A DNA stretch of 64,000 bases, from positions 1-64,000 of IMG/VR virus record IMGVR_UViG_3300035145_004174; one strand, written 5' to 3'. This stretch comes from a virus. Numbering within the stretch: the first letter of the stretch is position 1; the number at the start of each line of letters is the position of its first letter. Positions 47,790 through 58,239 of this stretch are shown one piece after another. The notes under the pieces are model-generated. The model ran no database searches, was not told the DNA's origin, and saw nothing but the letters and a program-made list of their open reading frames with translations. Made by a program: the position numbers and the translations under genes.

Positions 47790-49691
47790 ATGAGTGAAAA
47801 AAGAGTATGGACACGTCAAGAGTTAGTTGACCCCTTGGTTGGAGATTTTGATACTTCTCCTTTTCCTATAACCCTTGGTGTTGATGGTAATGAATTGCTT
47901 CAATCTGAATTTAAAGATTTAACGCCAGAACAAAGACTTGATTCTTTGTATACCACGATGGCGGTAAATCATGCGAGAAAATCTTTAGGCTTAGATAGCT
48001 TGTATCAATTGCGCATAAATAAAAATCCCGAAGTTATTAACCTTACCGCTGAAGGTGGTAAATTTGTTTATGATAATACACCTCAACCAAGAATACTTCT
48101 TGTTGTGGGTAAGTCATATACAATCAATACTCCCTCCCCTCATCCTATCGCTTTAGCAGAAGAGCTAGATGATAACGGCCAAGGGTTCGTAGAGTATACG
48201 GCGGAAGGTATTACTAGAGTTACTCCTAATCAAATCAAGGTAACACCTACGGTTCGTACTCCCAATTTATATTATTACTGCACTGCACACGCTAATATGG
48301 GAGGAGAAATAGGAGCTACAAATGCTTACACTTTTGAAACTGTTCAGGTTGAAGGATCAGACGGGCTTGTTGATGATTATTTTATTCGATGGGATCCTTC
48401 ACAATTTAATAGGCTTTCAGTTGAAGAAGTGGCTATAGACTTAGCAGCTCTAACCTTAGATTCGGATAGTCAAGTAAGACAAACTTATCTTTCTTTTATT
48501 CCTCAAATAGACACTACAACAAACAATAGTTTTGATGCTAGTGTAAATGTTCAAAATTTTAAAGATTCCATTGCTAATGACATGGTCTTTTTAGATCAGG
48601 AGGATTATTTAGATTTATCAGGAAATACTCTTCTTATGAAATGGACCAACACTGAAGAGCCTATAATTCAAAACGAATATAGTGATGCCCTTGCTATGAA
48701 TTCTGGACCTGGGCACAAACCCTATACAGACAACTTAACCACAGAGCAAGCAGCTCAAATAGATACAGGGATAAATAGGTATAAAGAAATTATTTCCGAA
48801 GGCAAATTACCAGCTAGTAGCTATTTCAATCCTCCAAGAAAACAAGCTAATGACAATCCATCTGCTTTTGAGGTTGTTGAAACTGCACCTATAGCCGCAA
48901 GATCGTACTTGCATCAATGTTATGAACTTTGCAACTGGAATGAGATTTACCAACCAGCAGACGGAATCTTCTTTGATAGTATATTTTTGTTTTTAAATAT
49001 CAAAGACCCAGCCTATGGAATATCTGCGGATGGTAGTGGTTGCCAAGACTACATGGAACCCAGACAGAAAGTTAGAATTGCTAGGGTGTTAACCGAAAAA
49101 GGGATTTTCAGTAAACGTAGAAATGTAGAGTTTACAATGGAGGATCAGCCTCGTGGTTCTCTTTTTATGGGAGATTGTGTGGTTTCAGTTCCTACGGCAT
49201 ATGTTTCGCCTAGATATGATATATTTCCTAGGTTTGATATGTTTTGTTATGGCGAAAACAACCACAAGTTTGAAAATAATCCAAATTTAAAGTATAGAGT
49301 AAAGCACGATTTAGAACAAAAAGATGGTAACATATCCCTTACTGAAGAGCAGCTTCAAGAAATGAGTGATAATGCGGTTTGGTCGGCAGTTCAAGATTTG
49401 CCCTCCGCTTTTTCCCAAGACCATTTTAAGCTTAGAGGTACAGATGGAATCACAAAAATTAGTGTGTTTAAAAGAGGCGTTAATATTAACACATCTAATG
49501 TTGGTTACAAATCTGCTACTTTTAGTGCTGGGACAGCGCAGCAAACATATTGGGTTCTTGATCCAGCATTAACATTGAACTTAGATCTTTTTAATCATGG
49601 GGTAAAAAGAATGTTCATTTTAGACGAAACTGGTTATGATCTAAATTCATCCGCTCAATCTTTTGAAAACTTATATTCTTATAAAGTTTAA
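47790..49691 (+). CDS. Probable virion protein with cupredoxin-like insert; paralogue of 50937-53012
   Basis: HP...LYYYCTAHANMGG; shared blocks with the downstream paralogue. Confidence 0.7.
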   Translation: MSEKRVWTRQELVDPLVGDFDTSPFPITLGVDGNELLQSEFKDLTPEQRLDSLYTTMAVNHARKSLGLDSLYQLRINKNPEVINLTAEGGKFVYDNTPQPRILLVVGKSYTINTPSPHPIALAEELDDNGQGFVEYTAEGITRVTPNQIKVTPTVRTPNLYYYCTAHANMGGEIGATNAYTFETVQVEGSDGLVDDYFIRWDPSQFNRLSVEEVAIDLAALTLDSDSQVRQTYLSFIPQIDTTTNNSFDASVNVQNFKDSIANDMVFLDQEDYLDLSGNTLLMKWTNTEEPIIQNEYSDALAMNSGPGHKPYTDNLTTEQAAQIDTGINRYKEIISEGKLPASSYFNPPRKQANDNPSAFEVVETAPIAARSYLHQCYELCNWNEIYQPADGIFFDSIFLFLNIKDPAYGISADGSGCQDYMEPRQKVRIARVLTEKGIFSKRRNVEFTMEDQPRGSLFMGDCVVSVPTAYVSPRYDIFPRFDMFCYGENNHKFENNPNLKYRVKHDLEQKDGNISLTEEQLQEMSDNAVWSAVQDLPSAFSQDHFKLRGTDGITKISVFKRGVNINTSNVGYKSATFSAGTAQQTYWVLDPALTLNLDLFNHGVKRMFILDETGYDLNSSAQSFENLYSYKV

Positions 49692-49733
49692 TTTTAAAAA
49701 TTAAAAATAAATCCAAAACGAAAAGGAAAAATC

Positions 49734-50912
49734 ATGAAAGCACAAAGCTCATTAGTATCAAGTAACATAAGTCAAGCAATGCTTGCTAGTTCTAAGAAAG
49801 AAGCTAGATTTGCAGGGGGAACTACATCCAGATCTATGAATGGTAGCGATACTGACCGACTTCCCAGGGGAGCAAAAGTTTATCATCAAGGCACTATACC
49901 AAATGACAGCGCTTATACTAAAGCCCTCCAAGATTCCGTTGAAAGTAGTGTCAATCGAATAATGCATCCTCAAGTCGGAGAAGGCGGAGGTCCTGGTGCG
50001 GTAAAAAGCTGGAGAAATCAAAAAGATGATGCTGGTTATCCAAAAAATGACAGTGATATTCCCGAAGATTGGGAAGAGCAATATCACAAGGACTTTCCTA
50101 CACCTGGCGGACAAGACTGGCCTCAACAACCCAATCCTCCCGCTAGCAACACTGGAGCGAAAGGTCATTCAGGAAGTTCAAGTAGCCATGCAGCTGCTGC
50201 AGGGGGGCAAGGGGGCACGCTTCCTGATTTCGTTAGTGGGCCAAGTGTTTCTCCTGGGTTAGGCTCAGGGGCTGGGGGGCCTGTTTTTAAATCTCAGTCT
50301 AATACTGGCTCAGAAGAAGATGCTCCCGTCAATCAAATTGTGAACGCTCTTGATACAAGCAGTAAGCCAGCATTACTCAACAGTATTGAAAATAGTCTTA
50401 AAAGTAAACTACGACCAACTGGAGAAATAATTGATTCTCCTCGGGGGCAAGTAATAGGAGTGGCTCTAGATAAATTAGGCGGAAAAGATACTGTTATATT
50501 CCCTTCTAAACCTAGCAAGGGTGTTACTAAGACAGATAAATTAGTAAAGAAAGGTGTACTTTTACAAGCTCCCACTTCAGGTAAAACAGTTAAAACTTAT
50601 GTGGCTTTATCTGACCCTAAAGGCTCGGATATGCCTAAAGTTTGTGGGTGCAAAGCGTTAGCGCCTCTTGCTTTGTCCAAAAAAAGACCCCAGAAAGGCC
50701 AAACTCATCAGGTTATTGATGGCGATAAATATAAAAATATGAGCAAGTTTTCCCTTCAAAAACCTTCAGGAATACATAAGCCTTCTGGCCCTGTTTTTGA
50801 TAGCGTAGTTAAAGGTTCTTCAAAAAGACCCAAGAATCACCAAGTTACCGTCGCGACTGTTTCGGTCAACGGTGGTAGAACTTACAATACTCTTGCTTAC
50901 AAAGTCGATTAA
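49734..50912 (+). CDS. Gly/Pro/Ser-rich hypothetical protein
   Basis: 392 aa ORF, low-complexity middle, Lys-rich C-terminus. Confidence 0.75.
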   Translation: MKAQSSLVSSNISQAMLASSKKEARFAGGTTSRSMNGSDTDRLPRGAKVYHQGTIPNDSAYTKALQDSVESSVNRIMHPQVGEGGGPGAVKSWRNQKDDAGYPKNDSDIPEDWEEQYHKDFPTPGGQDWPQQPNPPASNTGAKGHSGSSSSHAAAAGGQGGTLPDFVSGPSVSPGLGSGAGGPVFKSQSNTGSEEDAPVNQIVNALDTSSKPALLNSIENSLKSKLRPTGEIIDSPRGQVIGVALDKLGGKDTVIFPSKPSKGVTKTDKLVKKGVLLQAPTSGKTVKTYVALSDPKGSDMPKVCGCKALAPLALSKKRPQKGQTHQVIDGDKYKNMSKFSLQKPSGIHKPSGPVFDSVVKGSSKRPKNHQVTVATVSVNGGRTYNTLAYKVD

Positions 50913-50936
50913 TAATTTAAATAAATTTAAAATAAA

Positions 50937-53012
50937 ATGAGAACATTAGAATTCCCAGAAAGCGAAAAAAATGTAGATAGAACTGAAAAATTGACAGTTC
51001 AAAAAAGACTGAGTGATGATATAGGCAAATTTGATTACTCTCCCTATCCTATAACAATAGGGTTGGATGGCGATGAAATTGATGAAGCAGCATTCGCCTT
51101 ACTTACAGAAGAACAGAGAAAGCAAGCTATATATTTAACTATGGCAGTAAATTATGCTAGAAAAAAATTAAATATAGATGACTTGGAAGATCAAAGAAAA
51201 AACGCTAATACCACAATATATGTACTTGGTGGAAATCCTTCAGACTCTAGCTTTACTTGGACCAAGTATGAAACCAACCACTATGGGGATAAATTAGGAG
51301 ATGGACAAGTTATTACTGCCGATGCAACCAATCCATTGGAATTTACGGTTGGTAAAAGGTATGTTTTTGAGGTTTCAGCGACAGAAGAGCTAGGTTTTTA
51401 TCTAGATCCTAATGACAAAGCTGGTTCAGAGTTCTGGGATTCAGAAGTCCTTACTGATAGTGATGGTCAATTTGACGAGCCAGAAATGAGAGAAAATTTA
51501 CCCGCAGGATGGGAGCAAATAGTTTTTGAGCCTAATGAACTTACTCCTAATTTATATATTTGGTCACAGGCTAATTCTAATAAAGATGTTGCTATAAATA
51601 TATTTTTGCCTATAGACGAAGGTGATGATACTATCAAGCATACTCCTAGCGAATTTAACTTATTAAGTAAAGAGGCTGTTGGTTTCGAGCTAGATGAAAC
51701 GGTTGATCTTGATGCACTTGATGACACTAATGATCCAACAGGGCTATTAAGATATTTTGCGACAATAAAGAATGATCTTCCTTATTTCCCATTAGTTACC
51801 GATAATGGAGATGGTAGTTTTGACATGGATGTTGATATTACAAATTTCATAACTGCCGTTGAAAAAGGAGAAATTTTACTTGATTATGAAGACTGGATCG
51901 ATCCAATAGGCAATAATTGTTTTGCTAAAGTTATGGAGCGTCCCGCTGGAGATACACTCGCTTATATTTTTGGTTCTAACCACTTGCCGTTTACCGATGG
52001 CATGAGTGCTGAAACTATTGCTGCGATCACTAAAGCTAGAGATGATTATTTTCTTGAATTAAAAAAAGGACGTCTTCCAATGAGTGGATATTTTAATCCT
52101 GTAAGGAGGAAGATGAACCCTGATGACGCTGATAGTCTTCCCATTATTCCAGAACAATCTCTTGCCTCTAGAGCCCCCAGCCATTCATTTTTTGAATTAT
52201 CTAATTGGGGAGAGGAATATGTTGGAGTTGAAGGTGTTTATTTTGATGACATTTTTAGCTTATTAAATATTAAAGATCTGGGCTATGGGATTTCTGACGA
52301 TGGATCTGGCGGACAAAACTTAATGCTTGCTAATCAAAGATCTAGAAGTTGCAGGGTTGTTGGCGATAATGGAATGATGGTAGATGTGGCTGAATACTTT
52401 TTTCACCATGCTACTCAACCAAGAGGTGGTCTTTATTTTGGTGAGTTTGTTGTTGCTCCTCCTAGGAGTTATATTCCTATTAGGTATAAAGCTGTACCAA
52501 GACTTGATCTTTTTTGTTTTGGCGATATTGCATCTAATTTAACTCTAGACTCTCAGTGGTCAAATGATTCATCTTGGACTCAACTTGCAAAACTTGGAGA
52601 AATTGGATGTAATGTAAATTTAAGATACAGAATATATCATGATTTACTGCAAATTAATCCTGATTTTGAACTTTCTGATTTAGATAGCGTCATAAATTTA
52701 ATTGAAATTAATTCTGATACTTTTAGTACTTCTAAATCTTTTGATTCTGCAACCAGTTCTCATAATTTTGGATTCAGAATGAAAGACGGAAAAACTGTTC
52801 GTCCTCTTTTCAAAAAAGGCGGCTCTAGTGTCTCAGTGCCTCAATACAAAGAGGCCATCTTAAATTACCAAGACGAGGTTAGAACATATTGGATTCTTGA
52901 TGCTGTAATAGATAAACCCGTATTAAAAATTCCATATTTAAAAAAATATGTTATTTCTCCAAATGGAATAAGCTCAGACGAATCAGCTTCATCCATTACT
53001 TTTGTAGTATAA
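50937..53012 (+). CDS. Probable virion protein; paralogue of 47790-49691
   Basis: FDYSPYPITIGLDG, TMAVNYARK, LNIKDLGYGISDDGSG, QPRG, YWILD. Confidence 0.72.
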   Translation: MRTLEFPESEKNVDRTEKLTVQKRLSDDIGKFDYSPYPITIGLDGDEIDEAAFALLTEEQRKQAIYLTMAVNYARKKLNIDDLEDQRKNANTTIYVLGGNPSDSSFTWTKYETNHYGDKLGDGQVITADATNPLEFTVGKRYVFEVSATEELGFYLDPNDKAGSEFWDSEVLTDSDGQFDEPEMRENLPAGWEQIVFEPNELTPNLYIWSQANSNKDVAINIFLPIDEGDDTIKHTPSEFNLLSKEAVGFELDETVDLDALDDTNDPTGLLRYFATIKNDLPYFPLVTDNGDGSFDMDVDITNFITAVEKGEILLDYEDWIDPIGNNCFAKVMERPAGDTLAYIFGSNHLPFTDGMSAETIAAITKARDDYFLELKKGRLPMSGYFNPVRRKMNPDDADSLPIIPEQSLASRAPSHSFFELSNWGEEYVGVEGVYFDDIFSLLNIKDLGYGISDDGSGGQNLMLANQRSRSCRVVGDNGMMVDVAEYFFHHATQPRGGLYFGEFVVAPPRSYIPIRYKAVPRLDLFCFGDIASNLTLDSQWSNDSSWTQLAKLGEIGCNVNLRYRIYHDLLQINPDFELSDLDSVINLIEINSDTFSTSKSFDSATSSHNFGFRMKDGKTVRPLFKKGGSSVSVPQYKEAILNYQDEVRTYWILDAVIDKPVLKIPYLKKYVISPNGISSDESASSITFVV

Positions 53013-53025
53013 TATATTATTTAAC

Positions 53026-53046
53026 TTGACAAAGCTAAAAGCTTTG
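53026..53046 (+). promoter_or_regulatory. TTGACA element overlapped by a hairpin (promoter and/or terminator)
   Basis: TTGACA at 53026; CAAAGC-TAAAA-GCTTTG at 53030-53046, followed by a pyrimidine-rich run. Confidence 0.35.
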
Positions 53047-53155
53047 CCTTGATCTTTCCTTTCTTTTAGTTAGGATTATTTCGTGAAACAAAATTTTTTT
53101 TTTGAAAGCTTTTGTAAAAAGTTCGAATACTGATAAGCCACCTTTAAATTAGAAC

Positions 53156-54052
53156 ATGGACACGATTGTAACTATAGCAATATGCACGAGTAATAATTAT
53201 AATACCTGCGCGCGTCTATTAAATAGTCTTTTTGTACAGGATTTCAATGGTTTTAATGTTATCATACAAGATAACACTCCAGCGCATCAAAAAGATACAG
53301 GCTTCATTAAAAAACTTATAAAAGATAAACTAAATTATAAGTATATTTATAAAAATTATGGAAACTCTTGTAGTTCTAGAAATTTATGCATCAAAAAATG
53401 CAAAACTAAATACATACATTTTCTTGACGACGATGTCATTTGCCCAAAAAATTTCTGCAAAAATTTATCATCTTTTCTGTATGAATTTTCGCCTTCCGCC
53501 GTGGGTAGCAAAGTAATCCCTGACTGGAATGGCCTTCAGAGGCCAGAATGGATGTCTATTTACTGTTTGTCTTTAATGTCAATGATTGACCATGGCTCAG
53601 AGGTAATAAAGGTCGACAACAAGACAAGAAGCCCTCTTATAATAGGAGCTAGTATTTGCTTTTTAACTTCTGCTCTCAAAAAGTTTGGCGGTTTTACCGA
53701 ATCGCTAGGCAGAAATAGTTGGAACGAATCTTTAATAAGTAATGATGAAACTCAAGTTATCTCAAAAATGCTTGATTCAAACTTAGATGTTTATTATGCC
53801 CCTAATTTTCCAGTCTACCATTTGGTTCACGAGGATAGGCTAAAAAAAAGTTGGATAATAAAAAGGTCTGCTTGGCAAGCGGTTTCAGATATCATTTCTA
53901 ATGACACATCTTTTTACGAAAGTTTTAAAAAAAAATCTTTTATAGAGTCTTGTTATATATCTATTTTTACTGGCAGGCTTTCAAATATAGAAGAGCTTTC
54001 TAGAAAAGTTAGAATTTTGACATACTTCCTTCTATCTGGTATTATAAAATAA
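53156..54052 (+). CDS. Glycosyltransferase family 2
   Basis: VTIAICT, SRN, FLDDD, GGF...LGR, DETQ. Confidence 0.88.
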   Translation: MDTIVTIAICTSNNYNTCARLLNSLFVQDFNGFNVIIQDNTPAHQKDTGFIKKLIKDKLNYKYIYKNYGNSCSSRNLCIKKCKTKYIHFLDDDVICPKNFCKNLSSFLYEFSPSAVGSKVIPDWNGLQRPEWMSIYCLSLMSMIDHGSEVIKVDNKTRSPLIIGASICFLTSALKKFGGFTESLGRNSWNESLISNDETQVISKMLDSNLDVYYAPNFPVYHLVHEDRLKKSWIIKRSAWQAVSDIISNDTSFYESFKKKSFIESCYISIFTGRLSNIEELSRKVRILTYFLLSGIIK

Positions 54053-54054
54053 CT

Positions 54055-54966
54055 ATGAAAAAAAATATAATCTTATGCTTTCGTCACCAAGCGTTTTTTA
54101 ATGGTAAAATTGACTCAACTTTTTACGGTATTGGAGATATAATGAAATCATTTTTATCAGCCTACTTGTTTTGCAAGCAAAATAATTTTAATTTTTTTGT
54201 TAATTTTGACGGACATTGCCTTAAATCTTTTTTAAATTTTAAAAAAAATGATTTTAGGTTACATTTTAAAAACAAAAAAATTCCTAAAAATGTTCCCTTT
54301 ATTAAAGGCTCTGATTTTTTTGGTTATATTGAAGATTATGCGGGCAACGATGTCTTTTTAACAACTGATGGTAATAATTTATTTAATTTTCACTACGAGG
54401 ATGAAGTTTTGCATGATTTTGAGGAGACTTTCTTTTCTAGCCCTAAAATAAAAAGCATTTATGAATCTAATTTTTCAGGTTGCAAAAAAGTTTTTCATGC
54501 TAGATTGGGCGATGGGAATATGGTTTCAGATAATTTTTTGAATGATTTTTATTTAAGAGATTTTAAACATCAATATTCTTCTGCCGATTGGTATAATTCT
54601 ATAAGCTTTGACGATCTATACCCTTTTATTTTAAAGAACTTCAAAGTAGAAATAAGTTCTTGCGACTATATCTCATCTGACCATCTTTCCTTCAAGAAGT
54701 TAGTTTCTTCTAATTTTGATATTAAATTCACAGATTCTGAACCAGTTCATCTCGGCATAAAAACTCCATCTAAAAATTTGATAAGTACATTATGCGATTT
54801 ATATTCAATCTTCTATTCCGATGGGGGTGTTTCAATATCACAATATCCTTTCTCAGAAAGACCTTCGGGGTTTGTTTATTGGATAGATAAAGTATTTTTA
54901 AAAGATTATAAATATTATGCTGTAGATTGGCTTTACAAAGGTATAAAACCAATTAATTCCTTTTAG
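54055..54966 (+). CDS. Fucosyltransferase-like protein (GT11/GT23-type)
   Basis: GIGD, FHARLGD, ISSD, SGF. Confidence 0.55.
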   Translation: MKKNIILCFRHQAFFNGKIDSTFYGIGDIMKSFLSAYLFCKQNNFNFFVNFDGHCLKSFLNFKKNDFRLHFKNKKIPKNVPFIKGSDFFGYIEDYAGNDVFLTTDGNNLFNFHYEDEVLHDFEETFFSSPKIKSIYESNFSGCKKVFHARLGDGNMVSDNFLNDFYLRDFKHQYSSADWYNSISFDDLYPFILKNFKVEISSCDYISSDHLSFKKLVSSNFDIKFTDSEPVHLGIKTPSKNLISTLCDLYSIFYSDGGVSISQYPFSERPSGFVYWIDKVFLKDYKYYAVDWLYKGIKPINSF

Positions 54967-55930
54967 TTTTTTTTCTTGTTAGATGTCCCTTTATAGACCT
55001 TACTGATTTAAGCGGGACCTTTGTTGTTTTAGCTACATCTATACAAGAAGCTCCTTTTTTTAACATTCTGGTAGCTTTTTTTACATCTCTAGGTTTTTTG
55101 ATTAACCAAGATAATTTATTTTTTATTATACAGCTTGCCACCTGCTTGGTCTCAAATTTATTAGAAAACAACCTTCGATTTATTTCTTTCGGTGAAAATG
55201 TATTTGGGTTTAAATATAATGTTTTTTTTATTAATTCTTTATCTTCTTTTTTTATGAATATGTGAGATTTTTCAAAAAAATTTTTAATTGCAATTTTTCC
55301 TTGGCTTACTTTGTCGTAGGATTCGTCTTTTAATGTAGCTCCGTTGAAATAAGACCTCACATTAGCTTTAATATCTGAAAAGTATTGCGATATTCTTTGA
55401 TGCGTCAACCCCATCTGTTTAGCTACTTCTTCTCTGGTTAAGCCTTTTTCTAACAACTCAAATACTTTTTTCTCTTTTGAGTTAAGTATTGATGAATATT
55501 CTTTTATTATTTTTAGTAGAGATTCATGTTTATCTTTTTTATCAAATTCAAAATCGTCATCAATCCCCGTTGTGTTAATTATGTTTTCGTAAACACTAAT
55601 CATTTCTCCATCCTCATTGTAAACAGAACCATCAACTCTTCTTTTTACATATGATTTATTTGATTTTATTTGATGAGACCATTTTATCAAATTTCTTGCA
55701 TGCACAAATGCAGATATTTTAAAATTATTTTGATTAAATTCTCTTTCTCTTTTATTATATTCTATAATTGAATCTCTTTTTTTTATTAAATCCATATTTA
55801 TTTCGCTCACTAACTCTTCGTGAGTCATTATATGGTTCTTGTATCTATATTTTCCGATTATTTTAGCTAGGTCTTCTTGGAATAGTTCGAGCCAAGAATT
55901 ATAATTTTCAATATCTTTTTTTGTAACCAT
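54953..55930 (-). CDS. Sigma70-like factor with extra C-terminal HTH(s)
   Basis: Region-2-like FKISAFVHARNLIKW, region 4 LNSKEKKVFELLEKGLTREEVAKQMGLTHQRISQ, tail KGASCIDVAKTTKVPLKSV. Confidence 0.72.
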   Translation of the reverse strand: MVTKKDIENYNSWLELFQEDLAKIIGKYRYKNHIMTHEELVSEINMDLIKKRDSIIEYNKREREFNQNNFKISAFVHARNLIKWSHQIKSNKSYVKRRVDGSVYNEDGEMISVYENIINTTGIDDDFEFDKKDKHESLLKIIKEYSSILNSKEKKVFELLEKGLTREEVAKQMGLTHQRISQYFSDIKANVRSYFNGATLKDESYDKVSQGKIAIKNFFEKSHIFIKKEDKELIKKTLYLNPNTFSPKEINRRLFSNKFETKQVASCIIKNKLSWLIKKPRDVKKATRMLKKGASCIDVAKTTKVPLKSVRSIKGHLTRKKTKRN

Positions 55931-56963
55931 TATTTATTAAATGGAGTTTTAAATGGGCTAGGGTACTCCTTCTCCCAATTAATTTCTTGTTTGCTTTGTT
56001 GCATATATTTTTTTAATAAAGATTTTTTTATTTTTAAATAATCTGCCGCTTTAGATCTAACATTATTACAGTTATTTAAAGCATGTTTTATTATAGGTAT
56101 CCAATGTTTTAATTTTTCTTCTCTTTTTCTTGTTTTAGCTTTTTTTAAATTTTTATTTTTTTTTTCTCTTGTTCTTCTGTCAAACAGAAAGGTTTTATTC
56201 CTTGCTCTGCCCTCTTTTTCATAACTTTTTTTTGAATTTCAGACCTTTGCTCTTTAGAGATTTTAGGTAAAACTCTTTCGTAAGGAAAGTTTTCATTCCA
56301 CCAGCTCAAGGGGTGGATTCTTTTCATTACCTTGTATAACTGAGTTCTTCCCATGTTTAAAGATAATGAAGCAGCCTTTCTGTTGTTTTTAGAAATTTCT
56401 AAAGCTTCTATTATTCTTTTTTCGGTTCGGAGCATTTCTTCTTTGTCCCAATCTATCCATTTTGCCCCATTCCATTTTTTTCCAATTCTTTTTTCTATAG
56501 CTAAATGCTTTCCTTTTCTGTGTATAGTTGAATAGTTGTTTGGCCCACTCTTAAACCCTATTGTTTCCAAGTGTTCGTAGTTTGTTTTGTTGAACCTGTT
56601 AGAGTAACCTTTTGGTCTTTGGGTTTCGTATTTAAATAAAAAATCATTTTCATTTGGGTATGCACATTTCTTAATTTGATCCCAATCCTCTAAGTCTAAC
56701 CTTCTTGATATCCCTTCTCCTATTAATCTTTTATAATCTTTATGAAGCATAAAACCTTGCAAGGATTTAATCTTCACACCACCTTCAAGCAATTTACTCT
56801 TAAGGATATTTTTGGCTAAATCATAAGATTTAGATTTTATAAATGTTTTATAATCTTTTTCTGATTTATCTCGGTATATTTCTGTATAAGATATTATCCA
56901 ATATTGATCAAAATTAAAAACAGTATTCCTAAATTGTTTTTGACAATATTTACCTTTTTTCAT
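55930..56963 (-). CDS. Unknown N-terminal domain plus two Fis-like HTHs, frameshifted at an A10 tract
   Basis: Frame 0 stops at 56145; the -1 frame from 56156-56165 continues ~70 codons with IIKHALNNCNNVRSKAADYLKI to a TAA overlapping the next ATG. Confidence 0.7.
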
Positions 56964-57615
56964 TTGAAAATAACTCTTCCATTGCATTATTTCCTATAGA
57001 TATATTCTCCCAAGATTCGTCTTGAAGATAATCATCTTTTACTCTGCATCTTAATTTGTCTTCTAATCTAATTATGTTAAAGCTTACAGCTTGATGGGTA
57101 ACTCCTAAAATTTCAGATATTTCCACCTGTTTATACCCCTCTAAAATTAGGTCTATTAATTGAATTTCATTTTTAGTTAAGAATTCTGAGTAATTTTTAA
57201 TTAATTTTAAAAAATATTCATGTTTAGAGTTTTTATCAAAATCGAAATCTGATTCTATACCTTTTGTATGTTCTAAAGATTCGAATGTACTTACTTGCCC
57301 TCTATAGGTTTTTATTGAATAATCATCTCTGTTTGTGTAAAACTTTTCTTGTTTTTTTCTGCATTGATACCATCCAATTGCATTTTTTATGTAACAACAA
57401 ACTTGAAATCTAAAAGATTCGAAATTGAACTCATCAAAAAAATCATTCCTGAAGTTTATTATTGCATCTTTCTTTTTTATTAGGGCTAAATTTAAATCGC
57501 TAGCAATCTCTTCTACCGACATTAAGTGATTGTGCCTTCTTTTAGAAGCTATCAAACTTAAAATATCATTTTGAAATTCTGATAAGTACTTGTAAAATTT
57601 ATCTTCTTGGGTCAT
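56950..57615 (-). CDS. Sigma70-like factor; paralogue of 54953-55930
   Basis: NHLMSVEEIASDLNLALIKKKDAII, region 4 LTKNE...EGYKQVEISEILGVTHQAVS. Confidence 0.75.
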   Translation of the reverse strand: MTQEDKFYKYLSEFQNDILSLIASKRRHNHLMSVEEIASDLNLALIKKKDAIINFRNDFFDEFNFESFRFQVCCYIKNAIGWYQCRKKQEKFYTNRDDYSIKTYRGQVSTFESLEHTKGIESDFDFDKNSKHEYFLKLIKNYSEFLTKNEIQLIDLILEGYKQVEISEILGVTHQAVSFNIIRLEDKLRCRVKDDYLQDESWENISIGNNAMEELFSNEKR

Positions 57616-58010
57616 TATGCTTTAATTTTTTCCTCCATATTGTTTTCTTGTTCTTGCTTTACTGTTCCTATGCAATATTTGAATAAATAATCATTTTGAT
57701 TAGGAAATGAACATTCCCTAATGTGCTGCCAATCTTTTATTGATAGTGGCAATTTGTGTCTGTTCAAATAGTTTTTATAGAACATATGAAAATTTTTGAA
57801 TTTAAAATCTTTAAATGAGTTTTGCTCTTTTAATTTTTCTTTCAACACGAAGGTTGCAAACTCAAGCGATCTAGCTTTTATTACTGAAATAAACTCAAAA
57901 ACTTCTCCACTTAGAGATGTTAGTGTGTAATTTATTTTCCAATATTGGTCGTAACCAAATTTCTTTTTTCTATACTTTTCTTGAATATTTTTTTTAGTCT
58001 TCATCTTCAA
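57615..58010 (-). CDS. Hypothetical protein; paralogue of the N-terminal domain of 55930-56963
   Basis: DQYW.I.YT, IK..S...A..LK.KL, DW..I..C.(F/Y)PN.ND.LFKY shared. Confidence 0.78.
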   Translation of the reverse strand: MKMKTKKNIQEKYRKKKFGYDQYWKINYTLTSLSGEVFEFISVIKARSLEFATFVLKEKLKEQNSFKDFKFKNFHMFYKNYLNRHKLPLSIKDWQHIRECSFPNQNDYLFKYCIGTVKQEQENNMEEKIKA

Positions 58011-58239
58011 CCTTTCTATCTACTTTTTCTTTAAAGCATGGATTATTCTCGTATTCACCTACAGATCTTCCGATATTGAAGGAAAATCTGTCAATAAATA
58101 TTATTACTCCAAATAATATATATAATGCATAATTTGTCAAATCTAAATTTAACAACAATAACCCTATTACTATTACATATGGTAAATACTTATTTAATAA
58201 GTAGTCTATTACCGCCCAATTACTTTCTTTAATCTTCAT
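57994..58239 (-). CDS. Small two-TM membrane protein (possible anti-sigma)
   Basis: Two hydrophobic segments; directly downstream of the ECF sigma. Confidence 0.6.
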   Translation of the reverse strand: MKIKESNWAVIDYLLNKYLPYVIVIGLLLLNLDLTNYALYILFGVIIFIDRFSFNIGRSVGEYENNPCFKEKVDRKVEDED

